Shown here: positions 18,865 to 28,946 of the stretch, in pieces | Position numbering within the stretch: position 1 is the stretch's first letter | Layout of the letters: each line of letters opens with the position of its first letter | From: Opitutia bacterium UBA7397 | GTDB taxonomy: Bacteria > Verrucomicrobiota > Verrucomicrobiia > Opitutales > UBA953 | Assembly (NCBI GenBank): GCA_002470605.1 | Contig: DKND01000044.1 | Location: forward strand, 44,410-100,130 | Direction: 5' to 3' | Length of the DNA: 55,721 nucleotides | Notes under the pieces: generated by a model | What the model was told of the DNA's origin: nothing | The model's input: only the letters and a program-made list of their open reading frames with translations | Database searches by the model: none | Translations under genes and position numbers: made by a program

Positions 18865-19712
18865 ATTCCGCCATCTCAGTCCGCCACCTGACCAAGGATT
18901 TTAAAATAGGCTTACGGGGGCTTAAATTAAGGGCGGTGGATGATCTTAGTTTAGAGATCCCCCGCGGACAAGTTTATGGCCTGCTCGGACCTAACGGTTG
19001 TGGGAAAAGTACGACGTTAAAGATCATCCTCGGACTAGTCTCTGGCACGACCGGTGAAATCAATATTCTCGGATTTCCTTCCGCCACCGCGGAAGCTCGG
19101 CGTCGCACCGGCTTCCTTCCTGAGGCACCTTATTTTCACAAATTCCTTTCGGGACGCGAACTCGTTCGCTACTGCGCCCAACTGAGCGGAGTTCCTGCGG
19201 TCAAGATGGATGACGCCGTAGACTCAGCTCTAGAGCTTGCCGCGATGACGGAAGCATCCAGCCGCCGGATTGGTACTTATTCTAAAGGCATGTTACAACG
19301 AATCGGCTTAGCCCAAGCCATCGTCCACGACCCCGAACTGGTCATCCTGGATGAGCCGACCGCCGGTGTCGATCCGGTCGGAGCCGCCGCGATCGGACGC
19401 ATGATCCGAGCCATGCGCGACCAAGGAAAGACCGTCGTCCTTTGCTCCCACCTGCTCGGACAAGTCGAACAAGTGTGCGACCGGGTCGCGATTATGGACC
19501 ACGGGCGCCTAGTCCTGGAGGGCAGGGTAGATGAGGTCTTGGCTCAACGTGACCGACACCTCATGACCATCGAAGGGCTCACCCCGGAAGCCCGCCTGGC
19601 CGCCGAAAGCACCTTGGCGGCCCATGGGGCAAGAGTGACATCCGTCACCCATCCACGTCGTTCGCTGGAAGAACTCTTTCGTGAACTTGTGACCGGAAGC
19701 CGTGACGCATAA
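18861..19712 (+). CDS. ABC transporter ATP-binding protein
   Basis: Walker A GPNGCGKST, signature YSKGMLQR, Walker B LVILDEPTAGVD. Overlaps acyP by 4 nt. Confidence 0.9.
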   Translation: MNSAISVRHLTKDFKIGLRGLKLRAVDDLSLEIPRGQVYGLLGPNGCGKSTTLKIILGLVSGTTGEINILGFPSATAEARRRTGFLPEAPYFHKFLSGRELVRYCAQLSGVPAVKMDDAVDSALELAAMTEASSRRIGTYSKGMLQRIGLAQAIVHDPELVILDEPTAGVDPVGAAAIGRMIRAMRDQGKTVVLCSHLLGQVEQVCDRVAIMDHGRLVLEGRVDEVLAQRDRHLMTIEGLTPEARLAAESTLAAHGARVTSVTHPRRSLEELFRELVTGSRDA

Positions 19713-20550
19713 CCTCATGAAGCCTCTCTTACTTCGTTGCGGATGGATCGCCCGCATGACCTTCCTCGAAGCCGTTCGGCAAAGGTTCTTCGCTTTCTTG
19801 ATCGTCCTTGGCGCTGCCATGGTCCTTTCGTCGGTGGCTTTCCGCTTCCTTGATTTCGGGCACGGTGAGCTCAAATTTATCGCGGATTTCGGCTTCGGTG
19901 GCATGTTCCTTTTTGGTTCGATCCTGGCCGTCGTCATGACCGCACAGCTTTTTTTCGCGGAAATGGACAACCGAACCGCACTGACCCTCTTGGCCAAGCC
20001 ATTGAGCAGGGCGGAATTCCTAATCGGAAAATTCTTCGGCGTCTGGATGATCTTAGGCTTATTCGTCATTATACTCTCAGCCTTGCTCGGGTTAGTCCTT
20101 TGGGCTCGGGCTCAAGAATTGAGCCTCTTAGCCGAACAATCCGGACGGGTGGCACCTGATTTCAGCATCAGCGGACTTAGTATCTTTGCGCTTCTGCAAT
20201 GGCTGCGACTCAGTGTCGTGGCCGCGATTGTCTTAGCCATTGCCGCTGCGGCCCGCACGTTCCTTTTTGCAGTGATTTTGGGAGCCCTAACCGTTGTCGC
20301 CGGTCAACTTCAATGGATCGCTCAGGACGTCTTATTGAAACCCACCGAATCAGTTGTATATAAATCCATCCTCTGGCTGACCTCCCGGATTCTTCCTAAC
20401 CTCCAACAATTCAATATCGGGGACGCTCTGGTGCTGGACTCCGGAACCGTGGCGATGTCTTCGATCGGCTGGGTCATCCTTTCCGGCCTACTTTACGCAT
20501 CGGCTTATCTCTTGCTGGGTGCCCTCGTTTTCCGTCGCCGCGAAATCTAG
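19702..20550 (+). CDS. ABC-2-type transporter permease
   Basis: 282 aa with about 6 hydrophobic segments. It overlaps the ATPase gene by 11 nt, and its N-terminal EAVRQRFF region is typical of ABC-2/NosY-like permeases. Confidence 0.75.
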   Translation: MTHNLMKPLLLRCGWIARMTFLEAVRQRFFAFLIVLGAAMVLSSVAFRFLDFGHGELKFIADFGFGGMFLFGSILAVVMTAQLFFAEMDNRTALTLLAKPLSRAEFLIGKFFGVWMILGLFVIILSALLGLVLWARAQELSLLAEQSGRVAPDFSISGLSIFALLQWLRLSVVAAIVLAIAAAARTFLFAVILGALTVVAGQLQWIAQDVLLKPTESVVYKSILWLTSRILPNLQQFNIGDALVLDSGTVAMSSIGWVILSGLLYASAYLLLGALVFRRREI

Positions 20551-20552
20551 TC

Positions 20553-21323
20553 ATGCGCCCCCGAGCATTATGGATCGCCTGCTTGGCTCTACTCTTGGCC
20601 GCCGGTGCGTTGAGCGAAAGATCCTGGCTTAGTGTTCGCTCCTGCATTCCGGAAATCGGCCCCAAGCAAATCGAACCGACCATCGGACAAGGGGTCTTAT
20701 TAGGAATCCTTGGTGGTTTCCGCACCGTGATCGCCGATATGACCTGGATTCGTAGTTATGTGCTATGGGAAAGGAAGGATCGGCCGGCCTGCGAAACCCT
20801 CATGCGTACCGCTTGCGCTCTCGATCCGCATTCGCGTTATTTCTGGGAGAATACAGGGTATGCCCTTGGGTATGACATGGCGCACTGGGAAATTCGCCGT
20901 CGGGGCGGCTATGCAAAGGTTCCGAAAGAAATCCAAGACCACTTGTTCAAGTCTTATGCCCGGAAGGGCTTGGAAGTATTGGACGAAGGCGTCCGTCTAT
21001 CCAAAGGGCGGGCCGCACTCCTCGTCTTCGCCGGACAGCTCGCCGAAATGAAGCTCAGCGACAAGCAGTTAGCCGCTGACTATTACCGCCAAGCCGCCGA
21101 AACGGTTTCTCCGCCTTGGTATGCGGCTCGTTTTTGCGCGCGCAACGAATGGGATGCTGGCCACCCGATGGAAGCCTACGTCTGGTTCAAGAATTACTGG
21201 TTAGACCGACTGAGCAAAGAATCCGATCACGCGCCCGACGACCTGGCGCTGATCCGTGACATGGAGACGCACCTAAAGATCAATCTTCTTTCGCGGATTC
21301 CCAGGCAGTCGTGGGAGAAATAA
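20553..21323 (+). CDS. Hypothetical membrane-anchored helical (TPR-like?) protein
   Basis: 256 aa starting 2 nt after the permease stop. N-terminal hydrophobic anchor (ALWIACLALLLAAGAL) and a second hydrophobic segment; the rest is helix-rich and W/Y-rich. I recognise no family. Confidence 0.55.
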   Translation: MRPRALWIACLALLLAAGALSERSWLSVRSCIPEIGPKQIEPTIGQGVLLGILGGFRTVIADMTWIRSYVLWERKDRPACETLMRTACALDPHSRYFWENTGYALGYDMAHWEIRRRGGYAKVPKEIQDHLFKSYARKGLEVLDEGVRLSKGRAALLVFAGQLAEMKLSDKQLAADYYRQAAETVSPPWYAARFCARNEWDAGHPMEAYVWFKNYWLDRLSKESDHAPDDLALIRDMETHLKINLLSRIPRQSWEK

Positions 21324-24071
21324 TCAGAACGGCTCGTTGCTACTATCGGCCTTTTTCTCCCCCTTGGGAACCCGAGGCTTACGAGGAGGGAATTCGAACC
21401 ACCAGCCTTTGGATTTATCGGCGACTAAGAACGCCTCGAAAGTCCGGCGTGTCCGGTTTGAAACGAATTTCTTAAGGCCAGTCTTACCCTCGTTCAATAA
21501 ACGCGAGACATCTTCAGGTGAGATCGGACATTTAAGCATCTCCTGATTCAGGCTGAAAGTTTTCTTCGCACCCGCCTCTTTGGCCTTCTGGGGGCAAACC
21601 CGATACCCAGCGGTGGGTGTCTGTTGAACCTGCAACCCACTGACCGGGCAGATACCAAGCACCGGCCAAGTAGTCTCAAAGGCGTCAGGATTGCCGTCAG
21701 CGCCCTCGCGCGGCGGGAAGTAGAGGATGGCCTTCAATTTACCGCTCAAGACCTTGGGCTTGGTCTTACGGGGCGCTTTGGCCGGCTTCGCGTCATCTTC
21801 AGTGCCTTCAGGCTTAGTTTCTGCAGGAGTTTGAGCCGCCTTAGCTTCGGCAGCCTTGTTCGCCTTGATGATATCTTCGTCCACCAAATCAATGAAGCCG
21901 GTGAAATTCTTGCCCGATTTCATGGACTTGAAGTCACTGAAGGGGCCGATGCGACGTTTGTCGACGAGCTCAGCGACTTCTGCGGGAGTAATCGTGTGGC
22001 CATTCATCGCCACGTAGATTGTGAGCTTGGGGCGATTGCTGACGCCCGAAGCATCTTGGGAGAAATATTTCTCCCCGTTAGTCAGAAGGGGCATCCCGTC
22101 GGTCGGAGAAAGCACCTCGGGTTCAAGAGCGGCGGAAGGCAATTCCTCGGCTCCGGCCGCCACCATGACCTTAACCTGTTCCTTGATTTCGACGATGAAC
22201 TCCTTGGCGGTCAGCTTACCGTGTTCGATTTGCTTAAGTTTGTATTCCCATTCACCCGTGAGTTGGGGTTCGGTCAGGAAGGCCATGCCCTTGGCGTGCA
22301 AGAACTGGTGAAGCTGGAAAGCCTTGGACAAAGGCACGAGTTCCTTTCCTTGGCGCTCGATATAAATCTGGGTCAAAAGCTGCTCGATCGTGGCAGCTCG
22401 GGTCGCCGGAGTACCCAGACCTCGCTCCTTCATGGCTTCGGCTAGAGCTTCGTCATCGACGAGCTTACCGGCATTTTCCATCGCACCAAGCAAAGAGGCT
22501 TCATTGTAACGGGCAGGGGGCTTAGTGGCGTCCTCCTTGACGTTCACCTCGTGCACCTTGGCCTTAGCGGGATTGCCATCAGGTGCCGTGAGAGCCGGCA
22601 AACTGGCAGCTCCTTCTTTATCCTTATCTTCTTCGGCTTCCGCTTCCTGACCCCAGACCGCCCGCCAACCAGCGACTACGAGAACCTTGCCCGTTGTACG
22701 GAAAGCGTGCGAACCGACCATCGTGGTTCGCACCGTTTCTTCAAATTCGGCCATCGGGAAGAAAACACCGACGAAACGACGAACGACCAAGTCATAGATC
22801 TTCTGTTCGACCTCGGTCAGGCCATGAGGAACGGTGCCGGTGGGAACGATGGCAAAGTGATCGCTGACTTTCTTATTATCAAAAACACGTCGTCCAGCGG
22901 AGTCGACCCACCCCTGGCGCAGGGCCTCCTTGGCGAAGACGCCAGAAGGGTGAACACCTTCGAGCGACTGTAAGGCACTTTTGGCGTTTGGAACATAATC
23001 CTCCGGCAAGTACTGCGAATCCGTACGAGGGTAGGTGAGGGCTTTATGTTTTTCGTAAAGAGCCTGAGCCACGCCCAGCGTGGTCTTAGCGGAGAAACCA
23101 AACCGGCGATTACCTTCGCGCTGAAGTGTCGTCAGGTCGAAAAGACGCGGGGCGCTTTCTTTCTTAGGCTTACGTTCATCGGTGGCGATCCCCTGACTTA
23201 GCTTCAGGGATTCCTCAGCAACCTGTTTAGCCTGGGCTTCATCATAGAAGCGTTCGGCTTCTTTGCGGTCCGAGACTCCTGGAACCTGAGCGGCGCCACG
23301 ATAGTTTCCGGCGCTTACGCCAAAGTCGGCTTCGATCTTCCAAAAGGTCTTGGGTACGAATCCGCGGATTTCCAGTTCGCGTTTCACGATGAGCATCAAG
23401 GTGGGGGTCTGAACGCGGCCCACCGAAAAGACGTCCCGTTTGGCACCTCCGATACGGATGGTGGCAAAACGACTTCCATTCATGCCTACTAACCAATCGG
23501 CTTGGGAGCGCCCAATGGCAGAGCCTAACAAGCCAGCCTTGGCTGACTCGGGCAGCAAGTTCTCAAACCCCTCGGCAATCGCCGTATTGGTCATGCTCGT
23601 CAGCCAAAGGCGCTTCAAAGGCAGGTGGCACTTCGCAAGCTGGTAGACGTAGTGTAAGATCAGTTCGCCTTCGCGGCCGGCGTCGCAGGCATTGACCACT
23701 TCACCGACATCATCCCGGGAGAGCAATTTTTTCAGAAGCTTAAAACGGTCGCCGTTATTCCGTTCGCTGACGACGGCTTTCAGGATATCAGGACTGGCCG
23801 AACCGTCGAAACCTTCGGGCAAGATTGGCAGGTCTTTCAACGTCCAACGCTTAAGCTTCTCATCCAGGTCTTGCGGATCCTTCAAGCGCACCACGTGACC
23901 GATGGAGGAACTAATCACCCACTTTTCGTTTTCAAAGATTTCGCCTGACTTCGGAACTTTCAGTACCTTAGCAAGATCGCCTGCGACGGAAGGCTTCTCA
24001 GCGATGACCAGGATCTTCGTACCGGCACCAGCGGTGGAATCGTTCTTAGACTGTGGGGATTTCTTGCGCAT
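21324..24071 (-). CDS. topB: DNA topoisomerase III (type IA) with C-terminal repeats
   Basis: Toprim start KILVIAEKPSVAGDLA and active-site tyrosine context KALTYPRTDSQYLP. A Lys/Ala/Pro-rich linker is followed by two copies of the topoisomerase C-terminal repeat (FKSMKSGKNFTGFIDL and FVSNRTRRTFEAFLVADKSKGWWFEF). Confidence 0.88.
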   Translation of the reverse strand: MRKKSPQSKNDSTAGAGTKILVIAEKPSVAGDLAKVLKVPKSGEIFENEKWVISSSIGHVVRLKDPQDLDEKLKRWTLKDLPILPEGFDGSASPDILKAVVSERNNGDRFKLLKKLLSRDDVGEVVNACDAGREGELILHYVYQLAKCHLPLKRLWLTSMTNTAIAEGFENLLPESAKAGLLGSAIGRSQADWLVGMNGSRFATIRIGGAKRDVFSVGRVQTPTLMLIVKRELEIRGFVPKTFWKIEADFGVSAGNYRGAAQVPGVSDRKEAERFYDEAQAKQVAEESLKLSQGIATDERKPKKESAPRLFDLTTLQREGNRRFGFSAKTTLGVAQALYEKHKALTYPRTDSQYLPEDYVPNAKSALQSLEGVHPSGVFAKEALRQGWVDSAGRRVFDNKKVSDHFAIVPTGTVPHGLTEVEQKIYDLVVRRFVGVFFPMAEFEETVRTTMVGSHAFRTTGKVLVVAGWRAVWGQEAEAEEDKDKEGAASLPALTAPDGNPAKAKVHEVNVKEDATKPPARYNEASLLGAMENAGKLVDDEALAEAMKERGLGTPATRAATIEQLLTQIYIERQGKELVPLSKAFQLHQFLHAKGMAFLTEPQLTGEWEYKLKQIEHGKLTAKEFIVEIKEQVKVMVAAGAEELPSAALEPEVLSPTDGMPLLTNGEKYFSQDASGVSNRPKLTIYVAMNGHTITPAEVAELVDKRRIGPFSDFKSMKSGKNFTGFIDLVDEDIIKANKAAEAKAAQTPAETKPEGTEDDAKPAKAPRKTKPKVLSGKLKAILYFPPREGADGNPDAFETTWPVLGICPVSGLQVQQTPTAGYRVCPQKAKEAGAKKTFSLNQEMLKCPISPEDVSRLLNEGKTGLKKFVSNRTRRTFEAFLVADKSKGWWFEFPPRKPRVPKGEKKADSSNEPF

Positions 24072-24102
24072 GCGTGGGATTATAACCGATTGTCAAATAC
24101 GG

Positions 24103-25182
24103 TTACATTCCTTGCTCGGCAAGAGAGTCATCAAGTGCGGCAATTAAAGTTGAAATGGTTGCATCCGTTTCGTCGCCCATGTTGGAGATTCGGAAAGTCT
24201 TACCTTTCAACTTTCCGTAGCCTCCGTCGATGACGAGTTTGTGTTTCGCCTTCAGCGTCTTGTTCAGACGTTCCAGGTCGGCATTGCGATCGTTCTTGAA
24301 GCAATTAAGCCCACGGGTGCCGAACTGGACCTCAGGGAAGAGCGAGAAACCTTTGGCCGAACCCCAAGCCCGCATGCGTTCGTTCAAGCGCAGGTGACGG
24401 GCATAGCGATTTTCCAGCCCTTCGGCTTCGACTTCGATGAGGCGCTGTTGCAAACCGTAAAAGAGGGAGATGCAAGGCGTCGAAGGAGTCATACCCTTCA
24501 CATGGTTGTCGTGGAATTCGATCAAATCGAAGTAGTAGCCGCGATCCGGCGATTGCTTGGCACGTTCGCGTGCACGCTCACTCACGGCAAAGATCGCCAG
24601 ACCGGGAGGCAGGGCCAAAGCCTTCTGGGATCCGGTAAGGAAGATATCAATACCAAGCTCGTCCTTCTTGATCGGGATGGTCGAGAAGGAGCTGACGGTG
24701 TCAGCGATCGAAATGACATCTGGAAACTCGCGGACGACCGCCATGATATCGACAATCGGAGAGAGCGTACCGGTTGAGGTTTCGGAATGGATAAAAGTAA
24801 TGCAATCGAACTTACCTGTGGAAAGCGCCTGACGGACGGCGGCTGGGTCGATCGGCTTGCCCCAATCGAACTGCAAGGCCTCCGCATACTTGCCGCAACG
24901 CTTGGCCACATCGTTCCATTTGTCAGAGAAGGCGCCGTTCATGCAATTGAGGACGCCCTTGCGGCATACGTTGCGCAAAGCCCCCTCCATGACGCCCCAG
25001 GCTGAGCTCGTACTTAAATACACCGGGTCTTGGGTGTAGAACATCGACTGCAACCGAGGCTGCATGTCGTTGTAAAGTTTCACGAAATCGCCGGAGCGGT
25101 GCCCGATCATGGGTTTACCCATGGCTTGGACGATCGAATCGGAGATGGTCAAAGGACCAGGGATATAAAGACGATAGCTCAT
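24103..25182 (-). CDS. Class V pyridoxal-phosphate aminotransferase (serine/alanine-glyoxylate or phosphoserine aminotransferase type)
   Basis: 359 aa. PLP-lysine context FLTGSQKALALPPG with a class V fold-type I pattern. Its start overlaps the panD stop by 4 nt. Confidence 0.8.
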   Translation of the reverse strand: MSYRLYIPGPLTISDSIVQAMGKPMIGHRSGDFVKLYNDMQPRLQSMFYTQDPVYLSTSSAWGVMEGALRNVCRKGVLNCMNGAFSDKWNDVAKRCGKYAEALQFDWGKPIDPAAVRQALSTGKFDCITFIHSETSTGTLSPIVDIMAVVREFPDVISIADTVSSFSTIPIKKDELGIDIFLTGSQKALALPPGLAIFAVSERARERAKQSPDRGYYFDLIEFHDNHVKGMTPSTPCISLFYGLQQRLIEVEAEGLENRYARHLRLNERMRAWGSAKGFSLFPEVQFGTRGLNCFKNDRNADLERLNKTLKAKHKLVIDGGYGKLKGKTFRISNMGDETDATISTLIAALDDSLAEQGM

Positions 25183-25580
25183 CGTTGGAAGGTGGTTAAA
25201 AGTTCGACGGAGACTTCCGGGTTGTCGATACGAACAATTCGACGGTTATGCTCAGCCAAGGTCGCCGTCTTCGGCTTCCAGGTCTTGGCCTCCTCGGGAC
25301 TCAGCTCCGCAAAAGTCATGATTACGAGCAGGTCTCCTGGGGCGCCTAGGTGGGCGGTGGCGCCATTTAGGCAAACCTCCCGGGTGCCGGCAGGGGCGGG
25401 TATGGCGTAGGTCTCAAAACGTTCACCATTGGCCAAATTACCCACAAGAATCTTCTCGTAAGGCATCATTCCAACCAGGGCCATCAGCTCCTGGTCGATG
25501 GCGAGGGAGCCCTCATAATCGAGTCTGGCGCCGGTGACCTCGGCTCGAAGCAATTTGGTGCGCAACAGGTGGAGAAGCAT
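25179..25580 (-). CDS. panD: Aspartate 1-decarboxylase
   Basis: 133 aa. The self-processing Gly-Ser site lies in ARLDYEGSLAID; also NGERFETY and GDLLVIM motifs. Confidence 0.92.
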   Translation of the reverse strand: MLLHLLRTKLLRAEVTGARLDYEGSLAIDQELMALVGMMPYEKILVGNLANGERFETYAIPAPAGTREVCLNGATAHLGAPGDLLVIMTFAELSPEEAKTWKPKTATLAEHNRRIVRIDNPEVSVELLTTFQR

Positions 25581-25646
25581 GGCGCTGGGTCGTCCTTCTC
25601 AATCGGGATGCTTGCCTGCGTCAAACAACTTTGCATCAATTCGTCC

Positions 25647-26849
25647 ATGTCCGCGAAACATCGAGGGTTCTTTTCGTCTCTGGGAGAGGCTATTGCGAGC
25701 TATGCCGTGGACGTGGTTTATGAGCGCCAACACGGAGTGGGAGCGCGACTATTAGGGGGCTTTCTACGGGTTCTTTCTTGGGTTTTTGAGATAATCGTAC
25801 GCCTGCGACTCTGGCTCTATCGTAACCGCCTTTTCAGGGACACCCCCCTTGGCTGCAAGGTCGTGGTGGTCGGAAATTTGACGGTAGGAGGCACAGGCAA
25901 GACCCCCGTAGTCCTTAAAATGGCTCAGGTGCTTGCCCGAAGAGGTCGCCGGGTCGCAATCCTGTCTCGTGGCTATAAAGGAGCTTCAGATTCGATGCTT
26001 AAGAGGTTTTGGCGCTGGATCGTGCAAGGTAACCGCCCGGCACCTTTGGTAGTTTCTGACGGTAAATCGGTTCTGGTGGGCCCAGATGAAGCCGGGGACG
26101 AGCCTTATATGTTAGCCCGGAACTTAGCGGCCGAGGGGGTGGTGGTGATCGTCGATCGTGATCGAGTCGAGGGCGGACGCTTTGCCCTGAGGCAATTCGG
26201 GGTCGATACAATCCTACTTGATGATGGCTTACAATACCTGCCCCTCCGTGGTCAGATCAATCTGCTCTTAGTGGATAGTCGCGATCCGTTCGGCAACGGC
26301 TCGCTGCTCCCTCGGGGCATCTTGCGGGAACCGATTTCGAATCTCAGCCGCGCCTCTTACGTTTTCCTGACCAAATCCTCTGGCCAACCCGACCCCCAAT
26401 TAATCGCGTTAATCCGGAAACATAACCCCAAGGTGGAAATCATCGCCTGCGCCCATAGCCCGCAAGAACTGATTGCGGTCGACCATGCGACGAGTTCGCC
26501 TTTGGCCAATTTGGCAGGTCGGCGCGTGATGGCTTTCTCCGGTATTGCCACCCCCGAGCGCTTTGAAGAAACCTTGCTCTCTCAAGGAGCCGTCCTCGTC
26601 TCGAAACGACGCTTCTTAGACCACCACGATTTCAATGATGAGGATTTGGACGAAGTACTTGAGCAGGCCTTACGTTACAAAGCAGAGATGATTGTCACCA
26701 CCGAAAAGGATGCCGTGAGACTCCAAGGCCGTTTCAATCCGCCCATCCCGCTGATGTACGTCAGGCTGGAAGTTGAAATCTTAGGTGACCCTGAAGGCTT
26801 TAACGCCGCCGTGGAACGGATTTGCTTCGGTCCTTCTTCGGTGCGGTAA
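25647..26849 (+). CDS. lpxK: Tetraacyldisaccharide 4'-kinase
   Basis: P-loop [16 protein letters not shown] and TTEKDAVRL near the C-terminus. The ORF-track start at 25569 overlaps panD. ATG 25647 (MSAKHRGF...) is the more plausible start. Confidence 0.9.
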   Translation: MSAKHRGFFSSLGEAIASYAVDVVYERQHGVGARLLGGFLRVLSWVFEIIVRLRLWLYRNRLFRDTPLGCKVVVVGNLTVGGTGKTPVVLKMAQVLARRGRRVAILSRGYKGASDSMLKRFWRWIVQGNRPAPLVVSDGKSVLVGPDEAGDEPYMLARNLAAEGVVVIVDRDRVEGGRFALRQFGVDTILLDDGLQYLPLRGQINLLLVDSRDPFGNGSLLPRGILREPISNLSRASYVFLTKSSGQPDPQLIALIRKHNPKVEIIACAHSPQELIAVDHATSSPLANLAGRRVMAFSGIATPERFEETLLSQGAVLVSKRRFLDHHDFNDEDLDEVLEQALRYKAEMIVTTEKDAVRLQGRFNPPIPLMYVRLEVEILGDPEGFNAAVERICFGPSSVR

Positions 26850-28899
26850 CGACTTCGGCTTGGTGATTCCGAGCCAAACGAAGGAAGAAATCCTGGGCGG
26901 TCGGAGCGAGTCGTCCTTCCGCAGCGCAAGCGGCATAACTACCATCGGATTGCAGGCTTTTCGCATCCCCAAGGTTGGTGGCGTAGGTCTGGATGATTTC
27001 CTGCTCTAAGCGACGTCGTAAGATTTTATTAGTAATCGGGAAGATACACTCGACGCGACGTTCAAAATTACGGGGCATCCAATCCGCACTGCCCATCAAG
27101 ATAATGGGTTCGCCGCCCGCATTCTCATAACGGAACATTCGACTATGCTCGAGAAAACGCCCCAGGAAGCTACGAACTCGGATATTCTCACTTTTACCCG
27201 GGAGCCCAGGGATCAAACAACAGATTCCGCGGACGATGATTTCCACCTTCACTCCCGCCTGAGACGCTCGGTAAAGCGCATTAATCACATCTGGGTCGAC
27301 TAAACTATTCACCTTGGCGAAGATTGAAGCTTTCCGGCCAGCCTTGGCGGCCGCGGTTTCGGCATTGATCATCTCGACCGTACGGAGCGCGAGATTAAAG
27401 GGTGCGATGAGCAGGTGTTTGAAAACCGGACGACCCAGGTTACCCGTAAGCACATTAAATAACAGCCCGACTTCGGAGGTGATAGCCTCATCCGCCGTAA
27501 ACAAAGAGAAGTCCGTATAGATTCGTGCCGTCTTGGGATTGTAGTTACCCGTCCCTAAGTGCGCATACCGGCGCAATCCGCCCTTTTCCTGCCGCACCAC
27601 CAGGCACGCCTTACAATGCGTCTTAAGCCCAGCGAGTCCGTACACCACATGCGCACCGGCTTCCTCCAGCTGACGCGCCCACTCGATGTTATTCAATTCG
27701 TCGAAGCGTGCACGCAATTCGACCAGAGCTGTCACTTGCTTTCCGTTGCGTGCCGCCTCCTTAAGCGCCTCGACGACCGGCGAATCGCCACTTGTCCGAT
27801 AGAGGGTCAATTTGATGGCCACGACTGCTTCGTCGCGGGCGGCCTGACGGATAAATTCCACGACAGGCATGAAGGATTCGTAAGGGTGATGCAGCAGATA
27901 ATCCTGCTTGGCGATACGTTGGAAAAGCTTGGATGAATCGGCCAAATCCGGTTGGACCCCCGCCGCGAAATTAGGGTAGAGCAGGTCGGGACGACCGATC
28001 AGATCAATCAGGCTGGCTAAGCGCAGCATGTTGACCGGGCCTGGAATCTTGAAAGCGTTGTCTGCGGACAGACCAATTGACTTGAGCAACCATGCCATTT
28101 CCTCATCGGGTGCGTCGCTCTCGATTTCCAACCTGACCGGGGCGCCCTTACGCAAGTTTCTGATCTCTTCCTCAATCGCTTCGAGGATATTTCCCGCCTC
28201 GTCTTCGTCCACGTAAAGATCGCTATTTCGCGTAATCCGGAAAGCCCAAGAGCCCTGGAGTTCCAAACCGGGGAATAGCCGGTCAATGAACGACTGGACC
28301 ACATGGCTTAAGAGCGTGAAATGCTTTTTAGCGCGACCATTGATCGCGATGATCCGTGGTAATATCCGAGGGATAGGCACGACCGCCCGACGTACCTCGC
28401 CGTTCACCGGATCTTTGAGCAGCACTAGGAGGTAAAGCCCCTTGTTCGTCAAAACCGGGAAGGGGTGAGACGGATCGATCGCTAACGGCGTCAGGCCCGG
28501 AAAAATCTCCCGGTCGAATAAGGCGGAAAGCTCCTGGCGATCCTGCGCATCGAGTTCAGCACGCGATTTAATCAAAATTCCTTGCTGCACCAGCGCCGGT
28601 AATAATTGCTCCTTCCAGCAATCCTGCTGGGCGTCGACGAGCTCGCGGGTCTTTTGCAACACCTCCAAAAGAAAATCACGCGTAGCCGGATGACTCGCCG
28701 ACTCTTCCTGCTGCATGATTCCAGCGATTCGAATCTCAAAAAACTCGTCGAGATTCGAACTGACGATCGAAAGAAAGCGGACCCTTTCGAGCAAGGGGAC
28801 GGACACGTCTTCGGCTAATTCGAGTACGCGCCGATCAAAGCTGAGCCAACTAAGTTCGCGGTTAAACATGTCTATGACGGCTGAGGATGAAGTTGCCAA
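26800..28899 (-). CDS. ppk: Polyphosphate kinase 1
   Basis: FNRELSWLSFDRRVLELAED N-terminal motif, phosphohistidine-region pattern, HLGTGNYN, and two PLD-like C-terminal domains. The start is either TTG 28899 or ATG 28869. Confidence 0.95.
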   Translation of the reverse strand: MATSSSAVIDMFNRELSWLSFDRRVLELAEDVSVPLLERVRFLSIVSSNLDEFFEIRIAGIMQQEESASHPATRDFLLEVLQKTRELVDAQQDCWKEQLLPALVQQGILIKSRAELDAQDRQELSALFDREIFPGLTPLAIDPSHPFPVLTNKGLYLLVLLKDPVNGEVRRAVVPIPRILPRIIAINGRAKKHFTLLSHVVQSFIDRLFPGLELQGSWAFRITRNSDLYVDEDEAGNILEAIEEEIRNLRKGAPVRLEIESDAPDEEMAWLLKSIGLSADNAFKIPGPVNMLRLASLIDLIGRPDLLYPNFAAGVQPDLADSSKLFQRIAKQDYLLHHPYESFMPVVEFIRQAARDEAVVAIKLTLYRTSGDSPVVEALKEAARNGKQVTALVELRARFDELNNIEWARQLEEAGAHVVYGLAGLKTHCKACLVVRQEKGGLRRYAHLGTGNYNPKTARIYTDFSLFTADEAITSEVGLLFNVLTGNLGRPVFKHLLIAPFNLALRTVEMINAETAAAKAGRKASIFAKVNSLVDPDVINALYRASQAGVKVEIIVRGICCLIPGLPGKSENIRVRSFLGRFLEHSRMFRYENAGGEPIILMGSADWMPRNFERRVECIFPITNKILRRRLEQEIIQTYATNLGDAKSLQSDGSYAACAAEGRLAPTAQDFFLRLARNHQAEVVTAPKKDRSKSVPRRR

Positions 28900-28911
28900 A
28901 CAATGACTTAG

Positions 28912-28946
28912 AACGATAATCTCTTAATAATCCATATTTTATCGTT
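28912..28946. promoter_or_regulatory. Inverted repeat in the AT-rich ppk upstream spacer (possible operator)
   Basis: AACGATAA (28912-28919) and TTATCGTT (28939-28946) are exact reverse complements separated by 19 nt. A related CGGTTAATT/CGTTAATT direct repeat lies downstream. Seen by eye only. Confidence 0.2.

Noticed and set aside
25569-25646. N-terminal extension of the lpxK ORF overlapping the panD start; similar extensions occur for trpC (14902-14976), the NUDIX gene (16302-16364), the RmlD-like gene (37065-37136) and sucB (6333-6377).
   Set aside because: These come from taking the longest ORF, several with TTG or GTG starts. Internal starts give canonical N-termini and remove implausible head-to-head overlaps.
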